Of a stretch of 64,000 nucleotides of DNA, positions 58,144 to 64,000 are shown piece after piece (position 1 is the stretch's first letter; each line of letters begins with the position of its first letter). Origin of the DNA: Octopus sinensis (lineage: Eukaryota); the NCBI RefSeq assembly GCF_006345805.1, contig NC_043000.1, forward strand, positions 10,354,001 through 10,418,000. The letters are read 5' to 3'. A program made the translations under genes and the position numbers. The notes beneath the pieces are model-generated. The model did not search any database. It saw nothing but the letters and a program-made list of their open reading frames with translations, and had not been told where the DNA came from.

Positions 58144-60042
58144 GCATATAAATACGGACGTAGCAGATAACAGGTAACCTTCGGCCGTTTGGACTCCCTT
58201 GTGTCCACTACTCTGATTGGTTGGTATTGGCGCAATTTGTCTCTTGCTCTATAATGCACTGCCTTCTGATAAGGTCTCGTGATACAGTCTTCTAAATTCT
58301 CTGTTGGAGTCTCCTAGTCACTATCAAAGCTAGTCACAACAAACCGTATTTCGTCTTTGGTTCTAGACCTTCTAAGGTCTCACCACTGACCACAAAGCAC
58401 ACAGCCAGTTCCAGCGACTACACCAACAACTTGGAGAAACATCAACACTTCGTTCAGCAGTATTCAGGCCCTCCATCACCGTCACTTTCATCTTATCGAC
58501 GCCAACATTCGCTCAGGTTTAACTTCTCGCTGTTTGTGAATTACTTCACCGTGGTTAACAGTAAGCTCAACCTGCGAGATCTTCCTGTATCAAGTAACCG
58601 GCACAGCATAGTAGCCACAACCTTTTGCACGACACGTACAATAACCGGCTTTGCCTTTTACGCCACAACTTCTTGTTACAGAATTTCAACTATTGTGTAC
58701 CTTACTACTTCATTGTATTTGAACTTCTAGCGTCCTATTGTAGACTCTTTCTATGCTCTGTATTTTATCTCACACGCATACACCTTTGTTTTTACACCCA
58801 TACACATTATGTATGCATGACGGCCTGTCTATTATTTTAATTGTATATGTACTTATGTTGCACACACAGACACACATTCATGTTAACACATAAATAAAAC
58901 CGTTCTCTTAACATTCTACGGTTGTGTTGTCTTCTCTTTTCTTCTGGCACTCTTACTCATTTATCCATTTTTGCTTTAATTGTAAGCGACCGTGCGGTGT
59001 ATTAAAGGAGTCATTCATTCGTCACCTCTCCTTTCGCACGGTCGTTCTACAACACCTTTTAACAGGGCGGCGAGCTCGCAGAATCGTTAGCACGCCGGGC
59101 AAAATGTTAAACAGCAGTTCTTCCGGTTTTACCTTCTGAATTCAAATTTCGCTGAGGTTGACTTTACTCCTTTCATCCTTTCGAAATCGATAAAATAAGT
59201 ACCAGTCGAATACTGGGGTCGATGAATTCAACTTATCCCCTCTCCCGAAAGTACTGGTCTTGTGCCAAAATATGAAGCCAATATTTTCTTTATAACACTG
59301 AAAAGAGAAATGCCTCAAAAATTACCGTTTATGTCTTTAAACCTTTGTTCAGCCCCTTCAGTAACGCATTTCTCCAGTCTTCAGGAATTGTATAATTTCC
59401 CCATGAATTTATTATATTTATGGAAGATAATGCAGAAAAATCGACTATCGTATTTCCCATTGCTATGAATACCAGGAAAATTTTCCATTCTCATGTTTGT
59501 ACAACAAGTTTTAACACACTAAAATCAAGTGGATCAACAAGAAAATTATTAATTGGAATTTGCGTAATGGTTTCTAAAAAAAGACCAATCAATGCTTAAT
59601 ATGTAATTTAGCAGATGACTGAAATGTCCATCAAAAATCTCATTTCAATGTTTTATAGAGTTTGATTATCTTTAACCCGAATGGGAACAAGAAATTGAGA
59701 GTGGTTTTGTCATATGCTTTCTGAAGATCACAGATTCGTTCAATCTGTCATTTATTTTTCATACTTCTGATTTCCCCCTGAATTTGTGACCTAATAAAAT
59801 CAATAAATTTTCGTTTTGACAGAGTTGTTTGCACGGGTAATAAGCTTTGTATATTTTTATTATTACTGCCAAACTAATTTTTTGCCTTTTGGACTTTGTA
59901 ACCTTCAATATTTCGTTTGGACGTTAATAATCCTTGTTTCATGATTCATGTCAAATACTCGGACACCTTAAATCATTCGAATTTTTGGTTCTTTTTAAAT
60001 ATCAAATTCATGCCAAGTCTTTGAGCCTGGATATGCCCATAC

Positions 60043-60478
60043 TTACTTGTACTTGTGACGGCGTTCAACCAGAGCAGGTTGAGCCGACTTCTTCTCTAGT
60101 CCTGACGACATCACGAACTATGGCGGCCCACGCTCGACGGTCCTGTGTGAGGTCACTGGAGATAGCGGGCCATTCGCGGTTCCATCTGCGCAGACCGACC
60201 ACCTGCGGACCTGAGAGTTCGGAGAGGTCCTCCTTTATCGTCGTTGCCCAGGTCTTCAGCTGCCCGCTCGTGCGTTTGCACCAGCTGGGAAGTGGAGGTG
60301 GAAGGAGAACATCGCGAATCAGCTCACCCTCTGGACGCCGAGCCGCATGACCGAACCACCTTAAGCGCCGTTGTAGAAGCACCGAAGGGAGGAGCCGGAG
60401 ATTCAGGCGATGACGAAAACCGGCTGCAGGAACCCGATCAATGCGTCCATATTCCTTTGTGAGTTTCTTTATGTGCAA
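60043..60478 (-). mobile_element. 5'-truncated RTE-type LINE, second family
   Basis: RRLRWFGHAARRPEGELIRDVLLP...GQLKTWATTIKEDL...QDRRAWAAIVRD, then a short 3' UTR and (CAAGTA)n tail. Confidence 0.88.
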
Positions 60479-61411
60479 AGACTATTGGACCACTGGAGTC
60501 TGATTCTGATCGTTTCATGCTATGATGTCTTAACAGTTCTATGTTTCAAAATGATCGCCAGTTCATGCATTGAACTCACCAAGCATTATTATCAAAATTT
60601 TCCGAATATCCTTTAGTTGTTCGTGAAGCAGATTTTTATCTTTATCAGAACCAAATATTGCTAGTGCATTGGCACAAATGAACATCATTGAGTGATTACA
60701 AGGTAGAGGCGTGGATACAGACGTACGTCTACTAGTTAAACCAGAGAGTTGTCCGGTAAGTCATGGTTCTAATGTTGATTTAATCAACAATACCTACTCC
60801 AGACACCTTTCTCTAATTATCATCTCTTCCACACAAAAAAAAAAATGCTACTATCGTTTATTTTAGCATGTTGACGCTCACCTCGCCAGCGAAACTTGTC
60901 TCAGAGTAGTATCTTCCCCGTACATACCAAGTTCTATAACAAGTAAAACAGTACTTTTCTCTCGAAGGCATTTCATTATCAGTCAAGGTTACATTTCCAA
61001 CAACCAACCAGAACGTTAGATAGGTGCTTTTGGGCAGTTCTTTGATTACAACCTGGGCCCTGTGTCTTTCCTTGGAACCACTTTTCAGGTCAAATATGAG
61101 CTCAAGTTTCGCTAGCTAGTTTTGCCCTTTACATTATTTTCAGAGATAAACATTTTATAAAGTTGATAGTGTATGTGTGTGTGTGTGTGTGTGTTTTAAG
61201 ACTACCACCAGCCATCTAGGTGTAGTCAAATCCTATTTTATGGACTCAACCATGTTCTAAAATAAGTCGAAAGGTAAGCTACTATAAATCGGCACGAACT
61301 TTCCGGACAACCCAATAATTAACAAGTGCACAATTGTATCATTACTTATGCTGAATAACTTCCTTTTAAATCCTATATGATTTTTCCTTTATAAAAGAAA
61401 AAAAAGAACGC

Positions 61412-61485
61412 TGCCCCAAGTGAGATTCGAACTCACGACCCCTGGTTTACGAGACCAGTGCTCTAAACCTCTGAGCTATTGGGGC
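61412..61485 (-). tRNA. tRNA-Thr(CGT)
   Basis: GCCCCAATAGCTCAGAGGTTTAGAGCACTGGTCTCGTAAACCAGGGGTCGTGAGTTCGAATCTCACTTGGGGCA: fully paired cloverleaf, anticodon loop CTCGTAA, A and B boxes, downstream T-run (Pol III terminator). Confidence 0.95.
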
Positions 61486-61984
61486 ACGCGATACCGAGAC
61501 GCCACAGAAACGATCCATATACAAAAGTTATGTATATGTAGCCACTAATGAAGATATTGTTAACGTTTTAACCAGACTCTTATATGACATTCAATGACTG
61601 CGTCGGCTATGAAGGACATTATATTTGCAAATCACTGCTGCTGCAGATTGTGGTGGTCTTGATGTTTGACTCCAAGTCAACTCTGGTCAAGTAGAACTAT
61701 GATTAGGGCACTTCCAGAATCGACCGACCTGTTTCTTACTTTATCTTCTTTTTGGTGGTGGGGATAGGGGGGGCAGGATAATCATTGAGTTTAAGACATT
61801 ACTTTCACTTTCGCTTAGTACTTATTTTATTTGGTGACTGCTGAATAGATTTTTTCCTGAAGTTATGGATATTCTTAACTCAAGAGTCGTGTGTGTGTGT
61901 GAAAGAGAGAGAGAGTGCGTATACACGTATGCACACACTCACACACATATATATGTATATATGTATGTGTGTGTGTGTGTCTAA

Positions 61985-62330
61985 ATGGCATAGTCAGAAA
62001 ACTTGGAGAATGGTTATACGAATTTCTAAAAGGAATAAGTCAGGTAATGGTAGCCAATAGAGCCACCTCCAAGGAATCGCAGACACTGGAATGGTGTTCC
62101 ACAGGGCACTGTCTTAAGGCCACTGCTATTCATTGTGACCGTCTCAGACATCCCTAATTGCTCAGATAGTTACCCTTGCTAGCTATACAGGTGACACAAA
62201 AGTCTTTCAAAGGAAACAGAACCCTGGGAATATTGTGCGCCTGCCACAGGAGTTGGTGGGCTGAGAACAACCACATGCAGTTTAATGCTGGAAAATTCCA
62301 AGCCCCGGGCTACCAGCGCATAGGTCTGAA
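61985..62330 (+). mobile_element. Degenerate CR1/L2-like reverse transcriptase fragment
   Basis: GEWLYEFL...; frameshifted GVPQGTVLxPLLF; degenerate YADD (YTGDTK); WAENNHMQFNAGKFQ. Confidence 0.7.
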
Positions 62331-62847
62331 TGAAATGCAGTTAGGATACATTAGGGCAGACAGGATTCGAAACCCTGAATCAAAATCAGGTGCATATTAC
62401 TAATTTGGCAGTAAAATGGTAATATGATTAACAAATGGTTTCAGATCAAAAATTATACAGGCTTCAACAACAAGGGTTTATTTGGATCTGTTGCCACCAT
62501 GCCTAAAGAACACAAGTTTCCTCAATACGAAAGTGATTTTCGCGGTGACTGTAGCAATAAGCTCCTTAAAAATATCCTTCTTGACTTCAGTTAATGAAAT
62601 GATGAAGTTGTTATTACATTAGTTTGATACCGTGCGGGTTCGATCCGACTCACTACGCTCTCGGCTCAAATACTACCGAATTTAACTTTGCCTTTAACTC
62701 TTTTACAGTCAATCAATAATGCACCTGTCCAGGGAAATAGATAAGCAAAATAATTAACAAGTGCATCGTAGTATCATTACTTATGCTTACTAATCTTCTC
62801 TTTAAAACCTATATGCTTATTTCTTTAAAAAAAATAAACATAGGCGC

Positions 62848-62921
62848 TGCCCCAAGTGAGATTCGAACTCACGACCCCTGGTTTACGAGACCAGTGCTCT
62901 AAACCTCTGAGCTATTGGGGC
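62848..62921 (-). tRNA. tRNA-Thr(CGT), identical second copy
   Basis: 74/74 identical to 61412-61485, with a downstream T9 run. Confidence 0.95.
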
Positions 62922-63239
62922 GCACTCTCCTGAGAAGCCACAGAAACAATCCATATACATTATGTATGATTTAGCCACTAATGGAGATATTGTTAACGTG
63001 TCAGATGTCCTAGTTAAAACCAGACTTTATAACGTGACATTCAGTCACTGCGTCAGCTGTGAAGGACATTATGTCTGCAAAGCACTGCTGCCGCTGCTGG
63101 TTGTGGTAGCGTTGGTGTTGCTGTTCGACTCCAGGTCAACTCTGATCAAGCAGAACTGTATAATTAGGGGCCTTCAAAAATCCACCAACCTGCGTTTATT
63201 TTTATTTTATTATTTTATTATTTATTTATTTATTACTTT

Positions 63240-63400
63240 GGTGGAGGTGAGGTGGAGGTGATGAAGTGGGGATGATGAGGTGGGGAGGTGAGGCGAGGAG
63301 TGATAAGGTGAGGGGTGATGGGGAGGGGTGATGGAGTGAGGGTTGATGAGGTGAGGGGTGATTGGGGGAGGGATGATGAGGGTCGGCGGGGAAGTGGGGA
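63240..63400 (+). repeat. G-rich low-complexity tract (GGAGGTGA/GGGGTGAT-like units)
   Basis: Seen directly. Confidence 0.85.
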
Positions 63401-63529
63401 CCACGGCAGTTATTGAGTTTAGGATATCACTTTCACTTATGATCAATCAGAACTCACAATCATTTTATTTGGTAACTGCTAATAACTTTTTTTCCCTCTG
63501 AAGTCGTGGATATTCTTAACTCAAGAATC

Positions 63530-63759
63530 CTGTGTGTGTGTGTGTGTGTGGTGTGTGTGTGCGCGCGCGCGCGCGGGCGGGCGTGTATGTGTGTGCGATC
63601 GAGCACGTATATATTCGTAAATATATATACATACATATATATATATGTATGTATGTGTGTATATGTGTGTATACATATATATATACATATAATGTGGGTA
63701 TGTGTATATACATGTATGTGTGTGTATCTATACATATAATGTGTGTGTGTGTGTATATA

Positions 63760-63790
<31 letters not shown>

Positions 63791-64000
63791 ATGTATATAG
63801 CTATATATTAATATATATATATATATATACATATATGTGTGTGTGTACAAATATTTGCTTGTATGTATGTACGTACGTATGTATGTATGTATGTATGTAT
63901 GTATGTATGTATGTACGTACGTACGTATGTATGTATGTATGTATGTATGTATGTATGTATGTATGTATGTATGTATGTGTATGTATGTATGTGTATGTAT
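63530..64000. repeat. Compound (TG)n/(CG)n/(TA)n/(TATG)n microsatellite
   Basis: Seen directly. Confidence 0.97.

Noticed and set aside
58040-58913. Possible solo LTR (TG...AATAAA...CA)
   Set aside because: No matching 4-6 bp TSD and no second copy in the window.

Overview
Repeat-dense, AT-rich animal genomic DNA, most likely octopus/cephalopod (inferred from the SINE families and the extreme microsatellite load). One protein-coding gene could be fully reconstructed by hand. It is TSR1 (40S ribosome maturation factor) on the minus strand: 20 coding exons from 54670 to 17384, all introns GT-AG with consistent phases, 2403 bp, 800 aa. Two identical tRNA-Thr(CGT) genes (61412-61485 and 62848-62921, minus) sit in a diverged tandem duplication. 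The rest is largely mobile DNA: several tRNA-derived SINE families, RTE and CR1-like LINE fragments, non-autonomous Helitrons, a DD37D (maT) transposon remnant, a Merlin-like remnant, and many MITE/foldback hairpins. Most ORFs in the supplied track are microsatellite or SINE artefacts. The most interesting observations are: a candidate intronic box C/D snoRNA in TSR1 intron 16; a ~1.1 kb foldback element with ~437 bp arms in intron 6 (a possible ADAR substrate); a MITE flanked by a 48 bp inverted rather than direct duplication; head/tail shuffling among SINEs; and an RTE 3' UTR carrying a higher-order VNTR. Nothing here can be claimed as a new biological system without database and expression checks. 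Exon and tRNA coordinates were counted base by base; repeat boundaries are approximate.
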